From Minisyncoccia bacterium (GTDB lineage: Bacteria > Patescibacteriota > Minisyncoccia > Phycocordibacterales > UBA9973), in contig CBFIGQ010000001.1 in the NCBI GenBank assembly GCA_965662335.1, forward strand, positions 1 to 41,656: a stretch of 41,656 bases of DNA. Reading direction: 5' to 3'. Both the position numbers and the translations under genes were made by a program. Shown here in pieces: positions 26,782 through 36,215 of this stretch. How positions within the stretch are numbered: position 1 is the stretch's first letter; each line of letters starts with the position of its first letter. The notes beneath the pieces are model-generated. The model saw only the letters and a list, made by a program, of their open reading frames with translations, made no database searches and was not told the origin of the DNA.

Positions 26782-29700
26782 GTGCACGTACCATTTTCTA
26801 GGTATACATCATTTCTAAAAAAAGTATTTTCTCGCGTACCAACTGTGGCGCTTTTGGTATTTTTTGTTGTCCTCACCTTTGGCACGAGCAGGGTATTTGC
26901 GGTATATGACAACTATATACAACTGTTTAGTGGCGACCATCCTGTGGCAGGACTCTCTAAATATCAGCTTTTTAGCCCTGGTACCTCTACCCCTGATGTT
27001 AAATTTGATTTAAAAATGTCATTTAAATCGTTTAATTCTGACGCGAGTACCTCCAAAAAAATCGCATGGGATCACATTAGAGATTTAAGTAATAGTCAAT
27101 ATCTTTTTATTTTACGAGTGTGTAATACAAATGATACTACTGAAAGCCAGTGTTTGTTTGCAAAGATACCGTATGAAAAAGTTGCCCCAAATAATAGCCA
27201 AGATCTTACTCCTGCTATTTATCACTATCGATACGATTCTCAGTTTACTGGATTCCAGTCTATTGCTGGTACTCTACTGCCAACATGGACAAATGCGCTT
27301 CAAAACGACAGTTTTCATGTACTATTTCCTGTAACAAATTTTTTTGGTATTAACCCAAATGGAACACCGACAGCCAATACACCGGTATCCAATGTTATTG
27401 TGTTAGGCGATACGTCTACATACAAGGCAGATGCATGGTACTGTGCCGGAGAAGTTATCGGAGAAGACCTACCAACAGACCCCATCAATAATAATGTCAG
27501 ACTTTTTAATAATCTATGCGGTGACAATAGACCATACTTTAAAATCGCAGAGTCACAACCTTTTGGTATACCTCAGACCGCACTTGAAGCAGAGCAACAA
27601 ACCCCTGAGACAGTTGCTTCTGTAGATACCACCCCCTCAACAGGGAGTGATCTACCGAGTTGCGGAATTTTTAATGGAAGTGTCATGGGTTGTGTCGCGC
27701 AAATCATTTACTATCTCATTTATTGGCCAATATCTTGGTTCGCAGGAGTCATGGGCAACCTCTTTGACTTCTTTATGGGGTATTCACTCTCTGACGCATC
27801 GTACCGAGCTGAATTTGCAGTCGCAGGGTGGAGACTTATCCGCAACATCTCGAACATTTTCTTCATCCTCATACTGGTATGGACCGGTCTTTCTGCGGTG
27901 TTTAACACCCAAAAGTCGAATATGAAACGGGTAGTGACCCAGCTTATATTTAACGCACTTCTCATAAACTTTAGTCTCTTTGGGACGCGTGTGGTGATAG
28001 ATCTCTCCAATGTCGTCGCTCGAGTGTTCTACCACTCAGTACAGGTCTGCCAGGGAAAGTGTGTAGATGCCGATAACGATGGCGTTAATGATAATCCACT
28101 CACTATAGGAGGATACAAGTCAATATCTGCGAAAATAGTCGGGTCGTTTGAGCCACAAAAAATATTTGCAGCACAAACACTTGCCGCTACATCACAAGCT
28201 GGAAATGCTCAAAACACAAAACGGATAGACCTAGGGGACAGTGCGGGGTATTTTATTATTGTTTCACTTTTTGCAGCAGTTATTATGTTCTCGGCAGCTA
28301 TGATGTTTTGGAATGTGGCATTTATGTTCCTTGGGCGCGTCATTGGGCTCTACCTCGCGATGATATTTGCGCCGTTTGCGGTACTCACCCGCGGAGGCAT
28401 GCCCCTTGTGAGTGGTCTTAAGGAGCTCTCGTGGAGCACATGGACTGAGGAGCTCTTTAAATACGCAACACTTGCACCGATTTTCCTCTTCTTCCTCTAT
28501 ATCATTTCGTCATTTCTTGATACTGGCTTTCTCAGCCTCAGCCTTTTAGACTCAGGCAATCCGAGCTTTTTCACAAAAGTTATCTCGATTGCTGTTCCAA
28601 TGCTCATCGTGTACGTCATGATGCAACAAGGTGTCAGTATTGCGAGAAAATACGCTGGAACTATTGGAAATGGGGTGCAGAAACTCGCAATGGGTGTCAC
28701 TGGTGCCGCTGTCGGTGTGGCGGCTGGTGGAACAGCATTTATTGGAAGAAATGCTATTGGGCGCGGTCTAGGATGGTTTGGAAGTGGGGGTAAACAAACA
28801 GAAATAATTGATGGAAAAGAAGTCGAGACTACACGCGCTCAGCGCTGGGCAGCAAACGCTAATAATAGTTGGGGTGCCCGAATATTGAATAACACCTATA
28901 GTAAAACCCAAACTGGTTCATGGGATGCGAGAAATGTCGGCGGTTGGGCAGGCAAGGCAGGCGGCATGCTTGGAGGTAGTTTAGGGCTTAAAGATACATT
29001 CAGCGGATCGCTCGGGCTTGGAGCAGACAAAGCGCTCGGCAAAAAAGGCGAACCTGGAGGTAACGTAGCAATAGACAAGAAGCGTGCGGAGAAGCGTGCG
29101 GAGAAAGTCGCAAATCGCATGAAGACCAATCATCTCACCGACGACCAGGCAAAAGACGCAGCGGCAAAATACAAACACGACCAGGCAACGAAAGCAGGCG
29201 AAAATAATTGGCAAAACCATATTAGTGATGAAGACCTCGCTAAACAGTCAGAAGCGTATAAAAATTTTCAAACTATTATTGATCAAGCTCAACAACAAGC
29301 GGATCGTGCTCGTGCGTCAGGTAATACCGCAAGCGCTGCAAGGTATGATCAATTGGTTTCTCAAAGAAAAGCTGAACAATCAAATCAACTTGATAACGAA
29401 AAGAAAAAAATTGCAGGCCTTAAAACCAGTAACAATTCTCAGTACATGGACATAAAAAATAGTCTTATTGAGGAACTTAAGAAAGATGGAAAATATAAAG
29501 ACTCAGATGCATACAAGACAGCCAAAGGTGAGAAAGAGAAGACTCTCGGCAAATATAAAGTCAAAGACGCAAAGTCATTTGGTGCGATGATGCGAGCAGA
29601 GTATGCGGAGAACTACAAGAACCAGTCATTCTTCAGACGTATGCTTGACGAAGTCACTGATGGATCAAACATCGGCGCAACATTGGTTGGCGGCACTGTT

Positions 29701-30273
29701 GCAGCAATATTCCCTATACTTGCTCCTGCTGTCGGCGCGGCGCTCACCAGTGTCTTTACACAAGCAATAACGGGTACACCTTTCAGGAAACTAGATGGAA
29801 AGAATCATAGCAGTATCAACAGCAGGGCGCTCGGTAAGCTTATCAAAGACGCAACCACCAAAACAGGTAAGGGTGATGTACTTGTAGATATGGAAGCAAG
29901 ATTAGAGAAACACAAAGATATGCTTGCAGAAGCTCTTGGTCTTGGCTCATATGAAGATGTGGCAAAGCTTGCGGATGATAAGCTTGAAGAACTCATACTA
30001 CAAAAACAAGCTGCTCTCGAAGTTCAACGAGATCTCCATGATGAAGCTATCAAAACCGCTAAAGCAGCCAAGGATACCGTTGCCCAAGAAAAAGCGATTC
30101 TCGCCAAGAAGAAAGTGGAGCGTGAACTGTATAAACTTAACACTACTCCAGACAAAATTTATGATCTGCAAGAAAAGATCGATCGCCACAAAACTCAGGC
30201 AAAATGGAATGAAGATAATAAAAAGAAAGGTGGTGACGATGGAAGAAAACCTGATAAGGATAAGTCGAAATAG
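26782..30273 (+). CDS. VirB6/TrbL-like polytopic membrane protein with large N- and C-terminal extensions
   Basis: GWRLIRNISNIFFILIL, ALLINFSLFGTRVVIDLSN, RVIGLYLAMIFAPFA, Gly-rich post-TM segment, coiled-coil tail. Confidence 0.75.
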   Translation: MHVPFSRYTSFLKKVFSRVPTVALLVFFVVLTFGTSRVFAVYDNYIQLFSGDHPVAGLSKYQLFSPGTSTPDVKFDLKMSFKSFNSDASTSKKIAWDHIRDLSNSQYLFILRVCNTNDTTESQCLFAKIPYEKVAPNNSQDLTPAIYHYRYDSQFTGFQSIAGTLLPTWTNALQNDSFHVLFPVTNFFGINPNGTPTANTPVSNVIVLGDTSTYKADAWYCAGEVIGEDLPTDPINNNVRLFNNLCGDNRPYFKIAESQPFGIPQTALEAEQQTPETVASVDTTPSTGSDLPSCGIFNGSVMGCVAQIIYYLIYWPISWFAGVMGNLFDFFMGYSLSDASYRAEFAVAGWRLIRNISNIFFILILVWTGLSAVFNTQKSNMKRVVTQLIFNALLINFSLFGTRVVIDLSNVVARVFYHSVQVCQGKCVDADNDGVNDNPLTIGGYKSISAKIVGSFEPQKIFAAQTLAATSQAGNAQNTKRIDLGDSAGYFIIVSLFAAVIMFSAAMMFWNVAFMFLGRVIGLYLAMIFAPFAVLTRGGMPLVSGLKELSWSTWTEELFKYATLAPIFLFFLYIISSFLDTGFLSLSLLDSGNPSFFTKVISIAVPMLIVYVMMQQGVSIARKYAGTIGNGVQKLAMGVTGAAVGVAAGGTAFIGRNAIGRGLGWFGSGGKQTEIIDGKEVETTRAQRWAANANNSWGARILNNTYSKTQTGSWDARNVGGWAGKAGGMLGGSLGLKDTFSGSLGLGADKALGKKGEPGGNVAIDKKRAEKRAEKVANRMKTNHLTDDQAKDAAAKYKHDQATKAGENNWQNHISDEDLAKQSEAYKNFQTIIDQAQQQADRARASGNTASAARYDQLVSQRKAEQSNQLDNEKKKIAGLKTSNNSQYMDIKNSLIEELKKDGKYKDSDAYKTAKGEKEKTLGKYKVKDAKSFGAMMRAEYAENYKNQSFFRRMLDEVTDGSNIGATLVGGTVAAIFPILAPAVGAALTSVFTQAITGTPFRKLDGKNHSSINSRALGKLIKDATTKTGKGDVLVDMEARLEKHKDMLAEALGLGSYEDVAKLADDKLEELILQKQAALEVQRDLHDEAIKTAKAAKDTVAQEKAILAKKKVERELYKLNTTPDKIYDLQEKIDRHKTQAKWNEDNKKKGGDDGRKPDKDKSK

Positions 30274-30275
30274 TT

Positions 30276-30806
30276 ATGCAAGATGAATTAAAACCAATTG
30301 AAGAGACTGAGTTCGAAGACGCGTTTGCGCTTATTCCTGAGGAAATACAGGATTTCATGTGGAGTGATGAATTTGAATTCTTGCTCGACACTGCACAAAA
30401 AACACTTTCACTCACCGACCCCGAGAAGCAATTGATGCGCACTGTTTGCTATCGTATATTACTTAACCTTCGAAGTATGGAGCAAGAGGCAAAGAGAGTA
30501 CTCGCAGAAGGAACTGATCCTGAAAAAGCCCTAAAGATGTTCTATATTATAGATACTGAAATACTTGAACGAGCTCGCAATATCCTTGCAGAAACAGAAG
30601 ACGAAGAACTAGAGAGTGAAGAGAATGAAACAAATATCAAAGCTCCATCCCCGTCAGATATGATTACTCGCCTCAACCAATCCCTCACCGGTGCGACAAC
30701 TATTACTCCTACCAAGCGCGAGTATGGCAGCATTTCAAATAGTGATGGACCTAAAAAGGATTCTGCACCAACCATAGATCCCTACCGTGAAATACCGGAA
30801 CTGTAG
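30276..30806 (+). CDS. Acidic hypothetical protein with C-terminal DPYRE motif
   Basis: Helical N-domain, disordered tail ending IDPYREIPEL. Confidence 0.75.
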   Translation: MQDELKPIEETEFEDAFALIPEEIQDFMWSDEFEFLLDTAQKTLSLTDPEKQLMRTVCYRILLNLRSMEQEAKRVLAEGTDPEKALKMFYIIDTEILERARNILAETEDEELESEENETNIKAPSPSDMITRLNQSLTGATTITPTKREYGSISNSDGPKKDSAPTIDPYREIPEL

Positions 30807-30829
30807 GGAAGTGGGGTATACTATACCTA

Positions 30830-31228
30830 ATGCAATTCAAGGTCCCTCAATTTATTGATATCGAAGACAAGGTCTTTGGCCCGTTTACGTTCCACCAGTT
30901 CCTCTACCTCGCAGGAGGGGCAGGTTTTATCTATCTCTCCTTTAAACTCCTTCCTATCCTCATCGCACTCCTCATCGCGCCAATATTTCTCGCACTCTCA
31001 CTTGCGCTCACCTTTTACAAATACAATGATAAACCGTTCATAAACGTGCTCGAATCCTTCATTCGGTACTACTCCCGCTCAAAACTCTACCTCTGGCACA
31101 AACAAACTCCTCAAACACAGGCCCCAGTCGCTGTAGAAAAAAGTGCGCCACTTCGTGCTACACTCACAGAGAGTAAGCTCAAAACACTCTCCTTTAGTCT
31201 GGATACCATAGATCCAAATAAAAAATAG
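30830..31228 (+). CDS. PrgI family (VirB3-like) protein
   Basis: MQFKVPQFIDIEDKVFGPFTFHQF, two TMs, KPF..YLW. Confidence 0.88.
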   Translation: MQFKVPQFIDIEDKVFGPFTFHQFLYLAGGAGFIYLSFKLLPILIALLIAPIFLALSLALTFYKYNDKPFINVLESFIRYYSRSKLYLWHKQTPQTQAPVAVEKSAPLRATLTESKLKTLSFSLDTIDPNKK

Positions 31229-31229
31229 T

Positions 31230-31865
31230 ATGGCGACTCTCGGCACCCCCGCACAACAATTTGTCCCAGTAAAAGAAGTACGCGATGGTATCATCGTTAT
31301 GAAAGACGGCACGCTTGCTATGGCAGTCTTGGTGTCCTCGATAAACCTCTCACTCAAAAGCTATGATGAACAACGTGCGACCCTTATGCAGTTTCAAAAC
31401 TTCCTCAATACCCTTGATTTTCCTATCCAAATAGTCATCCAATCTCGCCGCTATGATGTGCGCCCGTATATCCTCACTCTCGAAAACCGTCTCAAAGAGC
31501 AGACCGAATCCCTGCTTCAGGTACAAACTCGTGAATATATTCAGTTCATTCAGAGCTTCACTGACCAAGTGAACATTATGCGCAAAACATTCTTTGTTGT
31601 TGTACCGTACACTCCACCTATCCTCAGCCAAGATAAAGGTATCTCAAAAGTACTTTCATTTTTAAATAAAAAGGCAACAACTACGACGCAGTCTGTCACT
31701 GAGTTTGAGGAGCAGCGTACACAACTTGAAGAGAGAGTATCTGTCGTGGAGCAAGGACTTACCCGTGTAGGACTGCGCGTCGCACAGCTCGGTACCGAAG
31801 AAGTGATCGAGCTACTGTACAAAACATTTAACCCTGGTGACACTACAAGTGAGGCAAAAGGATAA
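31230..31865 (+). CDS. TraC/VirB4 N-terminal-like accessory protein
   Basis: QQFVPVKEVRDGIIVMKDG, SINLSLKS.DEQ, FLNTLDFPIQI, lies between the PrgI and VirB4 genes. Confidence 0.75.
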   Translation: MATLGTPAQQFVPVKEVRDGIIVMKDGTLAMAVLVSSINLSLKSYDEQRATLMQFQNFLNTLDFPIQIVIQSRRYDVRPYILTLENRLKEQTESLLQVQTREYIQFIQSFTDQVNIMRKTFFVVVPYTPPILSQDKGISKVLSFLNKKATTTTQSVTEFEEQRTQLEERVSVVEQGLTRVGLRVAQLGTEEVIELLYKTFNPGDTTSEAKG

Positions 31866-31888
31866 TATATTGCTATACTAGTGTTGTA

Positions 31889-33697
31889 ATGGCACTCTTT
31901 GGATCAAAAGAAAAAAAAGAAGACAAAAAGCTTCCTATCCTTCCGAGTGAAGTATATGAGTGGGCGACTATGGAGCTTGCGGACAAAATTGCTCCCTCTG
32001 CTATCGAGATCACCCCAAAGAGTATGCGTATCGGCGACAAAACCGTACGCTCCTTCTTTGTTATCTCGTACCCTCGCTACCTCACGGACAACTGGTTCAC
32101 CCCTATCATCAACCTCGACAAAATATTTGACGTGGCTATCTACATCAACCCTATAGAAACCGCGGAGCTGCTCAAAAAGTTTCAAAAGAAAATTGCAGAG
32201 GTAGAAAGTCAGATCATTGTGCGTCAGCAAAAAGGACTCGTACGCGACCCTATGCTTGATACTGCATACCAAGACCTCGAAGAGCTCCGTGACAGCCTCA
32301 CCCAAGCACAGGAGAAAATGTTTACCGTTGGTTTTTATATTTCTATCTATGCCGATACTGAAAATGATCTTTTTCGCACTGAGAGCGAGATCAAGAGTAT
32401 GCTCGAGTCCAAAATGATCTATATAAAACCTGCACTGTTTCAAGAAGAAGACGGGTTTAAGACAGTCGTTCCGCTCGGCACTGACAAGCTCGGCATTACC
32501 CAGAAACTCAACTCAGAACCAATCTCGAGCATGTTTCCGTTTGTGTCGTTTGACCTCACGGGAGATAGCGGGATTTTATATGGCGTCAATCGCCACAATT
32601 CTTCTCTGGTGATTTTCGATCGGTTTTCGCTTGAAAACTACAACTCTATCATCTTTGCGAAGTCTGGAGCAGGTAAGAGTTATGCCACAAAGCTTGAGAT
32701 TATCCGCACACTTATGTTTGATACCGATGTGATTGTGATTGACCCCGAGCGCGAGTACGAGTACCTTGCCGAAGCAGTTGGTGGCCGCTACTTCAACATC
32801 TCACTCTCCTCTGACAACCATATTAACCCGTTTGACTTGCCTATTCCTCGTGTGGATGAGTCTCCTGCGGACGTACTTCGTAGCAACATCATCAACCTTG
32901 TTGGACTCTTTCGTATCATGCTTGGAGGACTGAGCCCAGAAGAAGACTCTATCATCGACCGCGCCATCACTGAGACGTATTCTCTCAAGGACATCACGGC
33001 AGAGAGCGACTTCGCAAGCATTGAGCCGCCCCTTCTCTCAGACTTTGAAATGGTGCTCACAGGTATGGAAGGAACTGAGAGCATCCTCCAGCGCCTTACA
33101 AAATACACTCATGGTTCATGGGCAACCTTCATCAACCAACCAACGAACGTTGATATCAATAAGAAATTTGTGGTCTTTTCAGTGCGCGACATGGAAGACG
33201 ACCTTAAGCCTGCCGCAATGTATATCGTGACTCACTTTATATGGAATGCAGTGCGAAAGGAGCTCAAGAAACGACTTCTCGTCGTTGACGAGGCGTGGTG
33301 GATGATGAAAAGTGACGATACGGCAAGCTTTTTGTACTCTATTGCAAAACGTGGCCGTAAATACTATCTCGGTCTTTGTACTATCACTCAGGACGTGGGC
33401 GACTTTATGAAAAGCCCGTACGGTGTCCCAATCGTCACCAACTCATCTATTCAGCTCCTCCTCAAACAATCTCCTTCAACCATGGACGTGCTCCAAAAAA
33501 CCTTTAACCTCACAGACGAAGAGAAGTTCCTCTTACTCGAATCAGGGGTCGGGGAGGGCATATTCTTTGCAGGACTTAAGCATGTCGCTATCAAAATCAT
33601 AGCCTCATACACTGAAGACCAGATCATCACAAGTGATCCAAGCCAGGTTATCTCCATTCGCAACGCAAAAAAGGAGTTTAGTGAACAAAATCGCTAA
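31889..33697 (+). CDS. virB4: VirB4/TraC-family type IV secretion ATPase
   Basis: Walker A AKSGAGKS, VIDPEREY, INPFD, Walker B VVDEAW, KRGRKY, ITQD. Confidence 0.9.
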   Translation: MALFGSKEKKEDKKLPILPSEVYEWATMELADKIAPSAIEITPKSMRIGDKTVRSFFVISYPRYLTDNWFTPIINLDKIFDVAIYINPIETAELLKKFQKKIAEVESQIIVRQQKGLVRDPMLDTAYQDLEELRDSLTQAQEKMFTVGFYISIYADTENDLFRTESEIKSMLESKMIYIKPALFQEEDGFKTVVPLGTDKLGITQKLNSEPISSMFPFVSFDLTGDSGILYGVNRHNSSLVIFDRFSLENYNSIIFAKSGAGKSYATKLEIIRTLMFDTDVIVIDPEREYEYLAEAVGGRYFNISLSSDNHINPFDLPIPRVDESPADVLRSNIINLVGLFRIMLGGLSPEEDSIIDRAITETYSLKDITAESDFASIEPPLLSDFEMVLTGMEGTESILQRLTKYTHGSWATFINQPTNVDINKKFVVFSVRDMEDDLKPAAMYIVTHFIWNAVRKELKKRLLVVDEAWWMMKSDDTASFLYSIAKRGRKYYLGLCTITQDVGDFMKSPYGVPIVTNSSIQLLLKQSPSTMDVLQKTFNLTDEEKFLLLESGVGEGIFFAGLKHVAIKIIASYTEDQIITSDPSQVISIRNAKKEFSEQNR

Positions 33698-33718
33698 CTT
33701 GTGCGCTATACTAGGAGC

Positions 33719-34663
33719 ATGAAATATATTTGTGCGCTACTCCTAGCACTTCTTATTATGGTTCCAATGGCGACCCATGCGCAGTACATTACCCCAGATC
33801 TCTCTCTTGAGATTATTCCACTCAACCCTGAACCAGGGCAAACAGTCACTATCACCGCAACGAGCTACAGTATCGATCTTTCGCAAGCAACACTTACTTG
33901 GATCTATAACGGCGTACAAGTCGCAAAGGCGCCTGGCAAGACCTCTATTGGTGTCGTTGCACCGAAAGCTGGTGCAACAGGGGTTGTAAGTGTCAGCGCT
34001 CAAGCGGTGGGAAGTACTGGCGCAAGTGCAAGTGTTGTACTGCGCCCGGCAAGTCTTGATCTCTTGTGGGAGGCAGCAGATGCATACACTCACCCGTTTT
34101 ACAAAGGGAAGGCTCTGCTTGCACCAAATGGACTCATTCGTTTCACCGCCATACCATCTCCAAGCGCCCCAAAAAGTCTCTCTTATACCTGGAGCCGCAA
34201 CGGCTCAGCGCTCCCTGATGACTCAGGGTACAACAAATCAAGTGTTGTGTTTGCACACAATGAATTTAATCCACAAGAATCGGTTGATGTCCAAACATCA
34301 GGGGGAGTATATACAGGCACGGGGACACTTCGGGTGACTCCTACCGATCCGACAGTGCTTGCATACCAGAGCAAGCGAGGGTTTATTGATTATGCGACCG
34401 GGTACAGCAATACTATCCGCTTTACCCAAAACGGTCTTGTGCTTCATTTCGAACCATTTTTCTTCTCAGTTGGACAAAGCGTACTCGCAAATCTCGGTTT
34501 TACTCTCTCCCTCAACGGTGAACCCGTTTCCACAACCACACCAAACGAAATTGGCCTCTCTCGTCCAAACACTGTTGGACAAAGCAAGCTTTCAGTATAT
34601 GTCTCGCCCTTTGCGCAAAGTTTGCAACACATAGAAAAAACATTTACCCTCCTTTTTAATTAA
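33719..34663 (+). CDS. Secreted Ig-like repeat protein
   Basis: Signal peptide (ATHA); PEPGQTVTITA..W; LDLLWEA..YTHPFYKGKAL; YTWSRNG. Confidence 0.75.
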   Translation: MKYICALLLALLIMVPMATHAQYITPDLSLEIIPLNPEPGQTVTITATSYSIDLSQATLTWIYNGVQVAKAPGKTSIGVVAPKAGATGVVSVSAQAVGSTGASASVVLRPASLDLLWEAADAYTHPFYKGKALLAPNGLIRFTAIPSPSAPKSLSYTWSRNGSALPDDSGYNKSSVVFAHNEFNPQESVDVQTSGGVYTGTGTLRVTPTDPTVLAYQSKRGFIDYATGYSNTIRFTQNGLVLHFEPFFFSVGQSVLANLGFTLSLNGEPVSTTTPNEIGLSRPNTVGQSKLSVYVSPFAQSLQHIEKTFTLLFN

Positions 34664-34665
34664 CC

Positions 34666-36192
34666 ATGAAAAAATTCCTCTACAGTCTCATCCTCCTTTT
34701 GATACTACTCCCTCAAACAAGAGCGTTTGCACAAGTCTCAAGTGATGGCACTATGTCATATAACTGGCCACTCGTTTCTGCGGGAGCAACCGGGCAGAGT
34801 GTACAACTTGGCGGTGCTATACATACAGACACCTATACTAATCCAACACCGATAGCAGAGCTTGAGATACGGCTCCATGTATCAGAAAATCCATTTTCTG
34901 ATACCCAGGCTGCACTCACCCTTGTTGGAGATCAGAGTCAAGTCGTTGGAAAGGTCTCATTGGACAGCGGCGCAGCAAGTGGAGTAGAGGCGGGGACAGG
35001 ACAATACTATTTTCAAGTATCGGGACTCAGTCCTGACAAAACATACTATTGTAGACAGGTAATTCTGCAAAAGGATACGCAAACGGTACTTGATGTAAAT
35101 AACAGTAACTGCAAGTTTGACGGTGGGCACGGCATCATTCCTGAGAATAGCAAACTTGCTCAAACCCTTGAAGACGAAAAGACGTACCACTTTCTTGCAC
35201 CACTTCCTGGACTCGACAAACTCTATGACCCGGATCTGTGCTATCAGAAAAAGTATGTTGAGCGCTCTATTCCAGAGAACTCCATCTGTGATGTGGGAGG
35301 ATTTGTGAGCTTTGTCTTTAAGCTTTTCATTGGGCTTTCTGCACTCGTGCTCGTACTGCGTATCATGTATGAAGGGTATCAGTATATTGTGACTGACGTA
35401 CCGTTCCTTAAGGCAAATGCGAAAAGTGATCTCATGACGGCACTCGCAGGGCTTTTGCTCGCACTTTCAGCATACGTCATCCTCAATACCATTAACCCTA
35501 AATTGGTGAATAATAGTTTTAGTATTAGTGGGGTGAATTTAGGGGTGGAAGAGTTTAAATTTAGTGGTTCGACAGAGTCGTATATTACAAAAAACGGTGT
35601 AAAAACAAAAGTTAACTCAATAAAATTAAAAGAGCTTCTTCCATACGCACAGAATGTGGAGTCAAAAACAGGTGTAAATGCATCTACAATATTAGCAATA
35701 CTTTGGATTGAGACGAGTTTTAATACAAAAGACGGTGACTGTGCATGGGATAAGCCCGGAGTTATGCCGACAGGAAATCCGCGTGATGACCAGTCTGCGT
35801 ACAAAGCAATTATCCAATCTATTCCAGGAGCAGGTCTTAATGACCATAAGGTTTCATGTGCAATACCTGGTGTTGGATGGGGTGGTGGTATGGGACCATC
35901 ACAACATATACCAACATATTGGAAAGCATATACTCCACAAATTAAACAAGCTTCGGGAAAAAATTTTGCAGATCCATGGGATTTGCAAGATGCCATTTAT
36001 GCTGTTGGTGTACATCTTGCACAAGATAATGGAAAAAACGATCCTCAAAATGCAGCATGTAAGTATTATAGTGGGCATACTTGCGGCACTGGCGCAAAAT
36101 ATACTTCTGGACCAAAGACTGGTCAATATGCAAATTTAGATTATCTCGCAAAATTTAACGCAGCACTTGCAGATATAAAATCAAAAATTTAA
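34666..36192 (+). CDS. FnIII-like plus pilin-like TM pair plus lytic transglycosylase fusion
   Basis: Signal peptide; SGLSPDKTYY; TM pair ending YVILNTINPKLV; SLT motifs AILWIETSF, GMGPSQHIPTYW, DPWDLQDAIYA, YYSG. Confidence 0.78.
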   Translation: MKKFLYSLILLLILLPQTRAFAQVSSDGTMSYNWPLVSAGATGQSVQLGGAIHTDTYTNPTPIAELEIRLHVSENPFSDTQAALTLVGDQSQVVGKVSLDSGAASGVEAGTGQYYFQVSGLSPDKTYYCRQVILQKDTQTVLDVNNSNCKFDGGHGIIPENSKLAQTLEDEKTYHFLAPLPGLDKLYDPDLCYQKKYVERSIPENSICDVGGFVSFVFKLFIGLSALVLVLRIMYEGYQYIVTDVPFLKANAKSDLMTALAGLLLALSAYVILNTINPKLVNNSFSISGVNLGVEEFKFSGSTESYITKNGVKTKVNSIKLKELLPYAQNVESKTGVNASTILAILWIETSFNTKDGDCAWDKPGVMPTGNPRDDQSAYKAIIQSIPGAGLNDHKVSCAIPGVGWGGGMGPSQHIPTYWKAYTPQIKQASGKNFADPWDLQDAIYAVGVHLAQDNGKNDPQNAACKYYSGHTCGTGAKYTSGPKTGQYANLDYLAKFNAALADIKSKI

Positions 36193-36215
36193 CAACATAT
36201 AGTACAATACTACTA

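Noticed and set aside
30830-33697. Integrative conjugative element
   Set aside because: No relaxase, coupling protein, integrase or flanking direct repeats in the window; embedded among core genes
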